The translations under genes and the position numbers were made by a program. Of a DNA stretch of 64,000 bases, positions 1-8,666 are shown piece after piece; the stretch's first letter is position 1; each line of letters starts with the position of its first letter. This stretch comes from Vulcanimicrobiota bacterium (GTDB taxonomy: Bacteria > Vulcanimicrobiota > Xenobia > Xenobiales > JADMJV01). Location of the stretch: positions 1 through 64,000 of the forward strand of contig JBFWNU010000001.1 in assembly GCA_050250895.1 (NCBI GenBank). Reading direction: 5' to 3'. The notes beneath the pieces were generated by a model. It ran no database searches and had not been told where the DNA came from. It saw only the letters and a program-made list of their open reading frames with translations.

Positions 1-1102
1 GCCGAAGCAGCTGGACCGGGTCCAGGGCGTCCCGGACGACCTTCAACCGGTGCATCATCTCCGGGTCCAGGATGCTGCTTGCCAGCAGCCGTTGCAGGGG
101 CGTTTGAGCGCGGTCGTAGGAGCGCTGCTCCTTTCCTCCCGGGGCCCGACTCTTGCGTCGAAGCTTCATGGAAGGCTGGAAGATGTTGACGTAGTGGCGG
201 ACGGCCCTGTACAGCTCGGCAAGCTGGCGTCGTGCCTGAGAGCCTTCATAGCGGTCATAACCAACCAACTGCCGCACGACGGAGCCGTTCTTCTGCTCGA
301 CGAAACACTGATCGTTTTTCTTGTACGCGCGACCACGTGTGAACGTGATTTCGTTCCGGGCGCAGAAGTCGATCAGTGAATTGTTCAGGAACTCGCTGCC
401 GTTATCGGTATCCAGCCCAAGCAGCGGAAACGGAAGAGAGGCGATGGTCTTCTCGAGTCCTTGAATCACATTCCACTGGCTTCTGCACAAAAGAGCCTGG
501 CACTCTGTCCAGCCGGTGGCAACGTCGGTCAGGACTAGGCTACAGACAAAGGAGCCGTGTACGCGCGTCCCACAATGGGCGACCAGGTCCGCCTCAACGA
601 ATCCAGGCCGCTCGTCTTCCCAGTCAGTGAAGGTCCGCACCGGGACCTGTTTCTTGAGAAGCTTGCCCGCCTTCGTTGTGGAGATTCCCCGTCGAGAATC
701 TCGTCGATAGGGCCGTAGAATGCGGTCCGCAGTCGCGGCGCTCATCGAGAGCAACTGAGCCAGGAGTTCATCGCTCAGCTCGAGATGACCATGGCGCTCC
801 AGAGACCGCACCAGCTCTGGAAGGAAAGGAATCAGGCGCTTAGCACAGATGTAGTTGGAGGCTGCCCACGCGATGGCCAGCGCCGCCTCCACCTCCGGGC
901 CGTACGTCCGCGCCCGGGGCCTTCTTATGGCCGAAGGTGCTGAGTTTGGGACCGGCTTATTCAAGAGTCTAATGGCGTATTTACGGGCATAGCCCGTCGC
1001 CAGCACGAATTCATTTAGAATGGCGGTCTTCTGGTCCCCGCGCGCCTCCCGGTAACGGGGCGCCACCCGATACAACAGCTCTCTCCTGGACTGGCGACTC
1101 AT
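1..1102 (-). CDS. Integrase-core (rve/DDE) transposase, ISNCY-like; runs off the window edge, so absent from the ORF track
   Basis: Hand translation from ATG at 1102: MSRQSRRELLYRVAPRY...ILNEFVLATGYARKYAIRLL...PGFVEADLVAHCG...LTDVATGWTE...LDTDNGSEF...GRAYKKNDQCFVEQKN (D, D, E motifs of the integrase core). Confidence 0.9.
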   Translation of the reverse strand, partial: MSRQSRRELLYRVAPRYREARGDQKTAILNEFVLATGYARKYAIRLLNKPVPNSAPSAIRRPRARTYGPEVEAALAIAWAASNYICAKRLIPFLPELVRSLERHGHLELSDELLAQLLSMSAATADRILRPYRRDSRRGISTTKAGKLLKKQVPVRTFTDWEDERPGFVEADLVAHCGTRVHGSFVCSLVLTDVATGWTECQALLCRSQWNVIQGLEKTIASLPFPLLGLDTDNGSEFLNNSLIDFCARNEITFTRGRAYKKNDQCFVEQKNGSVVRQLVGYDRYEGSQARRQLAELYRAVRHYVNIFQPSMKLRRKSRAPGGKEQRSYDRAQTPLQRLLASSILDPEMMHRLKVVRDALDPVQLLR

Positions 1103-1235
1103 CCTTGATGTCCTAAACAAACTTCCCCCCGACCATCGAATGATATCGGGTTACTCTACTCGTGAGGCAACGGCCTCGCAAGAGTTTACATTCTAGGTGA
1201 GGCAAGGCGCCGGCAGTTATAATTGTCGCACATCA
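1..1235 (-). mobile_element. Insertion sequence (left part) inserted into the third RIT recombinase gene
   Basis: Transposase plus subterminal direct repeats GTGAGGCAA (1162-1170, 1197-1205) and a degenerate third copy ending ~1236; the RIT integrase ORF stops prematurely at this boundary. Exact end uncertain by a few bp. Confidence 0.7.
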
Positions 1236-1831
1236 ACCTCCTTGCTGAGAGGCGTACACCGCATCTTTCGTCCCTTGCCGTAGCACCGGACGAACGCCCC
1301 AGCGCCGAGTTCCACATCCAGCCAGCGAAGTGTTCGCAGTTCGGTGTTGCGCAGTCCGGTTTGGATCCCTAACAAAAGGATGGTTCGGTCTCTTTGGCCG
1401 ATCCAGGTTAGGGGACTCGGTGCGGCAACGATCGCCTTGGCCTCCTCCTCTGAGAGAAATTCCATGGGGCGGCGTTCGTGGCGCTTCCGGGGAATCGCGA
1501 GAATCCTCTGGCAATGAAGTGCCAGCGAGGGCTCCGTGATGGCCACATAGCGAAAGAAGGCGTGAAGCGCACTGAGACGGCTGTTTCGTGTTCGGACACT
1601 GTTGCCGCGCCCACGCTCAAGATACTCCAAGAACTTCTCCAGGAACGCGGAATCCAGTTCCTCGACAAGAAGTTTCGACGGTTCTCGTTCGAGTTCGGCA
1701 CCAGCAAAGCGAAGTAAGAGGCGAAACGTGTCCCTGTAAGCCGCCACCGTCTGTTGGCTAGCTCCGAATTGGCGAACCAGCCAATCCGTGAAGAAATATT
1801 GTATGAGGCGTGGTAGTTCTGGCGAATTCAT
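1217..1831 (-). pseudogene. RIT element tyrosine recombinase C, 3'-truncated
   Basis: SAM-like N-domain and first catalytic R (TGLRNTE) and GKG motif present; ORF ends at 204 aa before the HxLRH and catalytic Tyr motifs. Confidence 0.85.
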
Positions 1832-2766
1832 CGGTCACCCACCCTTTCAAGACGCTCGGTGGCCAAGCGAAGAAGCTCTGGCACGGCCTGGATATACCAG
1901 TAGGTGTCCACGGTTTGGCTGTGGCCGAGGTATCTTGAGAGCTTGGGCAGCTCTTGTTGGATGTCCAGACCGGCGCGGTACCACTCGATGATTTTCTTGG
2001 TGGCAAAGGTATGCCGAAAATCCTGAAGTCTCGGCCCCCTGCCAATGCCTGGTCGTGCGAGTGCCTCGCGAATGCCGATGGCGCGAGATATTCGCGCGAA
2101 GGTCCGTCGGGCTGAATGTCCCTTTAGTCTCGACCCCCGCTCCGACAGAAGAAAAGCATCATCCCGGGGGTGTGGGCAGAGTTCGTCCCGCCGCCGCGTG
2201 TATCTTCTGAAAGCCTCCTGCACAGAATGCTCGACGGGGACGAATCGGGATTTGCCGTGCTTTGTCTGCCTAACCGATAGGATGCCAGTCTGCAACTCGA
2301 CATCGGCTCTATTGAGCGCTAAAGCCTCCCCCGGGCGCAGACCAGTCGAGGCCAGCATCCCGATAAGAGCCTCGTAGGTTTGGCCCCTCAGTCCTGACGC
2401 CGATGGGAGAGCTGCGGCCTCGTTCATGAGTTTCTCGATCTCTTCATCGGCATAGATGTAAGGTCGATTTCTTCGATGGCCGATCCGGAGGAGGCCTCGA
2501 GGGGGAACCTCTGTGCGAGGCTCGATGGCGCTCAGCCATCTTGCAAATCCTCTCACCTGGCACAGACGCCGGGACCAGGTCGCGCGCTGGACAAACTGCG
2601 GCTTCGTCGCCCATCGAACGGCGTGCTCGATGGTAATAAACTCCGATCCACTGCCTTCAACAAAGTCGACGAATTGGCTAAGGGCCCCGGCCGGCTCAAG
2701 GAACTGACTGCCCAACGCTCGACGCACGGCCACGTACTGCTCTAAAGATTCGCGGATGGTGCTCAT
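1828..2766 (-). CDS. RIT element tyrosine recombinase B
   Basis: TGLRPGE, RLQDFRHTFAT, LGHSQTVDTYWY motifs; 4-bp overlaps with both neighbouring recombinase genes. Confidence 0.9.
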   Translation of the reverse strand: MSTIRESLEQYVAVRRALGSQFLEPAGALSQFVDFVEGSGSEFITIEHAVRWATKPQFVQRATWSRRLCQVRGFARWLSAIEPRTEVPPRGLLRIGHRRNRPYIYADEEIEKLMNEAAALPSASGLRGQTYEALIGMLASTGLRPGEALALNRADVELQTGILSVRQTKHGKSRFVPVEHSVQEAFRRYTRRRDELCPHPRDDAFLLSERGSRLKGHSARRTFARISRAIGIREALARPGIGRGPRLQDFRHTFATKKIIEWYRAGLDIQQELPKLSRYLGHSQTVDTYWYIQAVPELLRLATERLERVGDR

Positions 2767-3982
2767 GGATGGCCACCCGTCCGCTTTGGCCAGGGCCGAG
2801 CTACTTCTCTTAGGGTTTCAAAGGCCAGGTGGGTGTAGATCTCGGTGCTGGTCTCCACTCGATGCCGCAAGACCTGCGAGATTTCTGTGAGCGTTGCACC
2901 CGCTCGAATCATCTTGGTTGCCAACCCATGCCGAAAGAGATGAGCCGCGCCCCGGCGAGATGGACGTATGGCTGCCCGAGCAAGTGCAAGTCGCACGATG
3001 TGCCCAATCGCGGCGGGCCCTCGGAATCCACTTCGAGGCGCGTTTGTCCTGATAAAGACTCGTCTGGACTGGCTTTTCGGGCGACCCTCGCAGAGGTAAA
3101 CGGCCAAGGCATCCCCCACCTCAGAAAGCAGCGGCAGGCTCTCGAGCGTTCGTCCCTTGCCTCGAATGACGATGCACCCGTCTCGCCAGCCGATGTCGTC
3201 AAGTTCAAGATGGACGACCTCGCTCGCTCGCAGACCCAGACGAGCCAGGAGCAACAGGATGGCGAAGTCGCGTAGGCCGCGGGAAGTCGCCCGGTCAGGT
3301 GTAGCGAGAACAGTCTCCATTTCCTCGGGCGATAGAAAGGCGGGAATTATGTAGTTGTGCCCACGATAGGCTGGGACCGATACTGAGAGATCAAGTCCCA
3401 CCTGGCCCTTGTAGAAAAGAAATCGCAGAAAGGAACGTAGCGCAGCGACCAGTAGTCGCGAACGGGAGGCGGAGAGTTCAGGTATCCTGTCGAGGAGCGT
3501 GCTCTCGACTGCCGCGGCATCGAGCCGATCAGGATAAAAGTCACCATCCCGAGCGACGCAATCATCGACGAAGACCCGCACGCCGGGAAGGTATGCATTG
3601 ACAGAGTTCTCGGCCAGCCCCTTCTCATTGCGGAGGTAGGCCACGTAGGCTTCGACCGCCCTCATCTTAGCAGATGGGGTCGAAACTGAAGTGGCAGCCT
3701 CCAAACCGAGATAGTCACGTAGACTTCCTATCCCGCCGACTCAATCCGGCGCTGTTCTTGTCGTGCCAAGGGTATTCGCTCCAAGAAGGCAGTGAGCCGC
3801 TCTTCGGTGATAGCATCATCAGCATCGTTTTGCTCCAACCAATGAAGCAGAGCTCTGAGTGTTGTCCGCTTCTTCTTGAGAGTACTTTTGGAATAGCCGC
3901 TCGCCCGGACTTCCTCCCAGCACCCTTCGAGTTGGGCGCTGACCTTCGGCAAGCTGCTGCGCCCCTGCATCAACATGTTCAC
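2763..3982 (-). pseudogene. RIT element tyrosine recombinase A, split by a 1-nt frameshift near 3730 (pseudogene or assembly indel)
   Basis: The 84-aa ORF (3728-3982) and 313-aa ORF (2763-3704; LGLRASE, HLFRHGLAT, LRH...TEIY) join into ~406 aa if one base is restored in GCGGGATAGG. Confidence 0.8.
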
Positions 3983-4133
3983 GATCGTCCTCCTCTCTGG
4001 CTATCTGCCAGATGTAGGATTACGAGATTATGCCGCGCTTTGCTCTCGCAGATGGCGCAAATAGGGGCGTTGATCTGCTACGCGGCATAACCTGGAGGTC
4101 GGCATAACCTGGCTTATGCTGCCCGCGGCATAA

Positions 4134-5515
4134 GCCAGGTTATTGTCGATGGGGGCCCCTTCTTTCCGTAGAAAGAGGGTCAAAGGCTCCCAGTGCTTGA
4201 GCAAATAGCCGATGGCCTTCCCTAGGCCAGAGTTGGGTTCCACCAACTTCTCGTCTAGCTGGCCACGGAGCCAGGCCTTGAGAGCCGCCATCACCGGCGC
4301 GCTGTGACGCTGATGAAAAGCCAGACGTTGCTTTGGGTTGAGCTTCTCGGCCCGGGCCTGCTGGTCGAACTCGAATACCTGTCCCAGACTTTCGAGCACC
4401 TTGGTGCACTCCTGTGGAAAGTTGTCGAACTGGTCGACGAAGTATCGCCGGCCGTGGGCCAGGCAGTTGGCAGTGTTCACGTCCATGGGTTGACCGCTGG
4501 CTTCCTTGGGCCAGTTTCGCGACAGAGCGTCGTGCATCGTGGTCGGGGCCGACAGTTCAACGTTGCGACGGGCCAGCACCTCAGCGAGATTTTCGCCAGC
4601 ATGCTGGCGGCCGGTGAAGAACAGAGCGATGCGCCGCCCGTTCGAAGAGGACACAATGCCTGAAGTGAAGACCCCTGTGCGGGTGTCACCGTCGGGCCGT
4701 TCTAGCCTCAGAATTTTTCGGCTCGTGTCGTCGCTGTGAAGAACATCGCCCTGTGCCGCCTGGCGGATCAACTCTTCGTAGGCCGCGCCAACCACGGAAG
4801 CCGTTTTGTCGAGAAGATCCCATTGAGTGCTCTGCGGCATCGGGATTCCCAGCCTGCCCTGCAGGCCTTCCAAACGGTTTCGGGGCAACCCGCTGCCGTA
4901 GATGAGCATGGCCAGCATGCTGGCCACCGTAGCGTCATACTTCTCTTCGCCGATGCCTGCCGGAGGCTTGGCAACAAAGAGTTGGCCGCAGAGATTGCAG
5001 CGCAGCTTTTGTAGCTCGTAGGCGGTGGCCTGAATCGGCGGGCTACCCACAACTCGGAGGAGCACTTTCGGCTTCTTGGTGTCGTGAAGCTTGCCTCGGC
5101 TGCACTCGGGACAATCATCGCCCTTGTGCAGCTCCTGGTGCTCCACCGGGACTTTCTGGGCGCCCGTGAATTCTGAGGTCGGACGGCGACCGTGGCCTTT
5201 GCGCTTCCTCTTTGGGGGCGGCTGCTCTGCTCCGTCTTCAGACGAGGCACCTTCCTGCTGGTCTTCCAGAAGGTCTTTGACCAGGGTCTTCAGCTTCTCG
5301 GAGTTTCGAAATTCTGGCCGGACGTGCTCGAGTAGCAGGCGGACCGCCTGACGAAGCTTCTCCCGCTCATCGGAGGCCAACGGACCGGTTGCAGTCGCAT
5401 CGATGATGTCCTCGATTTCCTGGACATTGATCTCCACGACCTTTGGGTTGCGCCGTTTGCTCAAGAGAAACCTTTCCGCCGCGGGAGCCCCGTGACGGCG
5501 TGCAGACTTCTGCAA
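4134..5515 (-). pseudogene. tnpC: IS66 transposase TnpC, interrupted by the RIT element
   Basis: Zn finger (CPEC...CNLC), HSDDTS, MHDA, CLAHGRRYF, GKAIGYLLKHW, PIDNNLA; the expected following ER-x-LR motif is replaced by RIT sequence. Confidence 0.9.
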
Positions 5516-5544
5516 ACCTGGCGAGTTTCATGCTGACAAGGGCA

Positions 5545-5909
5545 CTAATTTCGGCCAGCTGGCGTGATGGGCCGCCAGACCCGCGCGTTAGGAATCGTCG
5601 GGCTCGCCGCCGCCGCCAGGAGAGCGTGGACCTGATGCGGTTCAAGCGACTGGCTCGGCGAGTTGGAGGTCGGCCACCACCCATATCGCCCTTTCGAGAG
5701 CCGCTTCTGTGCGAGCCAATAGCCCCCGCCATCGTAGCAGAGAACTCTCACGGCCGTCCGACGTCGATTGATGAACAGGAAGACGGCACCGGAGAACGGG
5801 TCCTCGAGAAGCTTCTGCCGGCACAGCGCAGCCAGCGAGTCGATCCCCTTACGCCCGTCGACCGGCTCCATGGCCACCAGATCCGCATGTGTGGCGTCAG
5901 CTGCAGCAC
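5545..5909 (-). pseudogene. tnpB: IS66 accessory protein TnpB with a 1-nt frameshift near 5880
   Basis: GTG at 5909 gives MLQLTPHMRI, then the frame shifts into LVAMEPVDGRKGIDSL...FLFINRRR...KRL (TnpB_IS66 signature); one C is missing in CGGAT(C)CTGGTG. Confidence 0.8.
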
Positions 5910-5911
5910 GC

Positions 5912-6262
5912 TCAGCCTGCGAAGGCCCGGAAGATGATGCCGAGGTCGGCGGCGGTGGCCCCGGAGATGCTAGCCCGGAGACCACCTCCCGGGGCAACTT
6001 CGAGCACGCAAGCGAGGTTCTGACCTGGTCGCAAGCCCGAGCGGACCTCAAGAAAAGCCGGTGCCGGCAACCGCTCCTCGCAGAGCCGCTTGAGCTTGGC
6101 GTGGTCCAGCCTCAAGGCCTTGGACACCGGCCCAACTCCCGCCTCGCAAGCCAGCTCGGTAGCCCCATCCCAGATCTCGTCCGGAATCGGTGCTGCCATC
6201 CAGGTTTTCTCTTGGCGCCAGAGCTCCAGGGCCTCTCTCAGTTTCTCCAGGCGGTCTAGCAT
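5912..6262 (-). CDS. tnpA: IS66 TnpA-like accessory protein
   Basis: ATG at 6262 preceded by GAGGAGG; IPDEIW...VSKALRLD HTH-like segment; first gene of the IS66 trio. Confidence 0.7.
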   Translation of the reverse strand: MLDRLEKLREALELWRQEKTWMAAPIPDEIWDGATELACEAGVGPVSKALRLDHAKLKRLCEERLPAPAFLEVRSGLRPGQNLACVLEVAPGGGLRASISGATAADLGIIFRAFAG

Positions 6263-6380
6263 TCGTCGGCCTCCTCGGTCAGATTTCGGCCACCATACCA
6301 CCCTCAACTCGCCTTTCCAAGCACGCTTGCCGACAGCTCACACTGCTCTTCCTCTCGCTGTGGGTCGTCTCTGGACGTAC

Positions 6381-6414
6381 AAAAAAAAAGAGACGAGAAG
6401 GACTCTCGTCTCTT
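6381..6414 (-). terminator. Rho-independent terminator of the 6436-7266 gene
   Basis: Stem AAGAGACGAGA/TCTCGTCTCTT, 5-nt loop, A9 run on + strand (U-tract on -). Confidence 0.85.
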
Positions 6415-6435
6415 ATCTTTCACTTCCTCGAAGTT

Positions 6436-7266
6436 TTACGGAGAAGCAGGAGTCACAAACTGATCCCCATCATCATCATTGCTGTTCGAGATAGCAACGA
6501 CGATACCAGCGATACCGGCGAGACCACCTAGAATAATGGCGGGATTGACACCGCCACCACCCACGTTCGTGGGAGCGGGGGCAGGGGCCGGAGCGGGCGC
6601 AGGAGCCGGAGCCGGCGCGGGGGCCGGAGCGGGCGCCGGTGCCGGAGCGGGCGCAGGTGCCGGAGCGGGTGCAGGCTGGCGAGGCGGACGAGGCGGTTGC
6701 TCGCCAGCGTCACGACCGGTGCCTTCTTCGCCACCGACGAACTCGTCGCGGTCACGATCACGAGCGCGAACGTCCGGACCTTCCAGGGCCAGCATCGCGT
6801 CGTCAGCCCAGATAGCAGCAAGCTCTGCTACAGGGGTAAAGGTACCTACTTCAGCAGCGACTTCGACAGCCGCCGTCGCGGCGCGCATGCTGGCGTTACC
6901 GCTGAACGTGGTCAACTGCAACTGCTCACCGCTGGCGTCCACGAGAAACTCGCCATTGCTGGCCGTCACTTCGTTTACGCCGTTAGAAACGGTGACGGCA
7001 GAGCCTTCACCGGTCAAGCTCACATAGACACGTCCGCTGGTAACGGCGATTTGAGTCGCGCCGTCAACGGTAGCGGTGGTCACCTGCGTCTCGGGAGCGA
7101 GTCGCAAGGTGGTGTTGTTATCTAGCTTAACGACTCCAGACGTTGCCTCATCGTAACGGATCACTTGGTGACCGTTACTGGGGCCGCTATTGGCCCATAC
7201 GGCAGGCGCAGGAATCGACATCAGCATGATGGCCGCTGTTAGGCTAGACGCCATAAACTTTTTCAT
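6436..7266 (-). CDS. Secreted/membrane-anchored FecR-like beta-domain protein with Pro-Ala linker
   Basis: Signal peptide (…AVWA), FecR-like segment (VKLDNNTTLRLAPETQV...VTSGRVYV), ~17 PA repeats, C-terminal hydrophobic helix; SD AAGGAG. Confidence 0.7.
   Translation of the reverse strand: MKKFMASSLTAAIMLMSIPAPAVWANSGPSNGHQVIRYDEATSGVVKLDNNTTLRLAPETQVTTATVDGATQIAVTSGRVYVSLTGEGSAVTVSNGVNEVTASNGEFLVDASGEQLQLTTFSGNASMRAATAAVEVAAEVGTFTPVAELAAIWADDAMLALEGPDVRARDRDRDEFVGGEEGTGRDAGEQPPRPPRQPAPAPAPAPAPAPAPAPAPAPAPAPAPAPAPAPAPTNVGGGGVNPAIILGGLAGIAGIVVAISNSNDDDGDQFVTPASP
6571..6675 (-). repeat. (Pro-Ala)n coding repeat, ~17 units
   Basis: CCN-GCN hexamers with varied third positions. Confidence 0.9.
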
Positions 7267-7292
7267 AGTCTTCTCCTTAGTCTATCTACCTC

Positions 7293-7335
7293 AGTCTAGC
7301 CTGACGGGACTCACCAGGCATCGCCAGAATGTTAA
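7293..7335 (-). promoter_or_regulatory. Shared promoter motif, copy 1 (TAACAT-TCTG-GC ... TAGACT)
   Basis: TAACAT starts at 7334 and TAGACT at 7298, 36 bp apart; same geometry at three other loci. Confidence 0.65.
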
Positions 7336-7454
7336 GACCGAGTCATTTCCAAGATGCCTTCGAGGGGCTCGAAGGCGATCCTCCATGGCTCAGAAATGTC
7401 TCTCGACAGATTTGAGCCAGGGGTAGGGATTCCTCCCCGAGCTTGTTAAATTTC

Positions 7455-8666
7455 CTAACCAGTTTTCTCACACCTTACTCGGTAGCGGACGGCATTCCAA
7501 TAAGGCTTCTCCCCCCGTCGCCCCGCGAAGATGGTCAAAATATATTCCCCTGTAGACTCCGGTTCCACCCGAAAGGCGTAGCCACCCACGCGAGCCTCGG
7601 CAGTGACCTGCTCTTCCCCCCGGGGTCCCGACAATTGAGCGGTCAATTCCACGCTCGAGGGACAATCCACCACGACGCTGGCACTGGGCGAGGCGCTCAC
7701 GATTCCCCCCGCGTGGCTCCTGAGCTGTAGTCCATAATTAAAGTAGGCATCCCAAAGCCGGGGGCGCTGGCTGAACTCGTCGGGACTCACAGGCCGGCTC
7801 GAGAGCTGCCAGCGACTCTCATCGGGCAGATGAGTAAAGCTCATCCGTCCCGGATCGGCTAGGAAATACTCTGGATTGAACCGCCGCTCGAACCGGCCGC
7901 TGGAATTCACGAATCCCGTGCCCCAGGTACAGTCGACCAGACGCCAGGCCCCGTCGATCATCACCGCATTCCAGGTATGGCGTGTGGGAGCCCCTTCGGA
8001 GTGATAGCCTTTAGCTACTCCGTGGATAATGCGGGTCTGAAGACCTGCGCGCCGGGCCAGGCTGTCAAAGAGATAGGCATACTCATCCTCGGTGGCGGTT
8101 CCCCTCTTGAGGATCCGCTCGTCGCTGTCTGAACCGACCACCGGGGCGTCGAGGGTGCCCTCGTCGTAACTGATATGGGCAGTCATCCAGCGAAAGATCG
8201 CTCGTGCCTTCAACTTTTCACCCGCCACGTTAGTGGTCAAGCTCCGAGCCAACTGGTCGACGTCTGTCGACGAAGAAACGGAGAGCGCCAGCGCGTCAAC
8301 CTGGGCAAGCGTGGTCAGTTTGGGCGCTCTGGGCGCGACCGGCTTTGAGGTGGGCCGGGCCTGAGGACGCGTGCGTTCACTTCGATGGGCCGCTCGACGG
8401 GGGGCTTCCCAATGGATGGCCCGAGGTGGCTCCCAGTCTACCAGGCCAGGGTCCCCAACGGGCGTCTCGCTGGCGCGGGGTGTGGGTCGTAAGGGCTCAT
8501 CCGCAGGCGTCACTTCGGGTGTGGGGGGTGGCACCGGGGTGACCGCCACCCGAGGGATGGGAACTGGCTGCCCCGGAGTTCGGAAGGCCGTCACCGGCCG
8601 GGGCGAGGGAGACTGCGAGCACGCGCACGAGAGCAGCAAAGCCACTACCATGAACCGTCTCTTCAC
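7455..8666 (-). CDS. Lipoprotein with transglutaminase-like (KY/Cyk3-type) domain
   Basis: Lipobox-like LSCAC, Pro-rich linker, KARAIFRWMTAHISYD, HTWNAV, VDCTWG; Cys site reads GTATEDEYA. Confidence 0.8.
   Translation of the reverse strand: MKRRFMVVALLLSCACSQSPSPRPVTAFRTPGQPVPIPRVAVTPVPPPTPEVTPADEPLRPTPRASETPVGDPGLVDWEPPRAIHWEAPRRAAHRSERTRPQARPTSKPVAPRAPKLTTLAQVDALALSVSSSTDVDQLARSLTTNVAGEKLKARAIFRWMTAHISYDEGTLDAPVVGSDSDERILKRGTATEDEYAYLFDSLARRAGLQTRIIHGVAKGYHSEGAPTRHTWNAVMIDGAWRLVDCTWGTGFVNSSGRFERRFNPEYFLADPGRMSFTHLPDESRWQLSSRPVSPDEFSQRPRLWDAYFNYGLQLRSHAGGIVSASPSASVVVDCPSSVELTAQLSGPRGEEQVTAEARVGGYAFRVEPESTGEYILTIFAGRRGEKPYWNAVRYRVRCEKTG

Larger units (their letters stand above)
1236..4133 (-). 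mobile_element. RIT (recombinase-in-trio) element; only one end visible
   Basis: Three tandem overlapping tyrosine recombinases; repeated TTATGCCG-type motifs at 4028-4037, 4081-4090, 4100-4107, 4114-4133. Confidence 0.85.
4134..6380 (-). mobile_element. IS66 family element (left part)
   Basis: tnpA-tnpB-tnpC order; minus-strand terminus GTACGTCCAGAGACGACCC at 6380 fits the GTA-start of IS66 inverted repeats. Confidence 0.85.

Noticed and set aside
4028-4133. C-terminal tail of the 495-aa IS66 ORF as genuine protein
   Set aside because: It is read-through into RIT end sequence after DNNLA.
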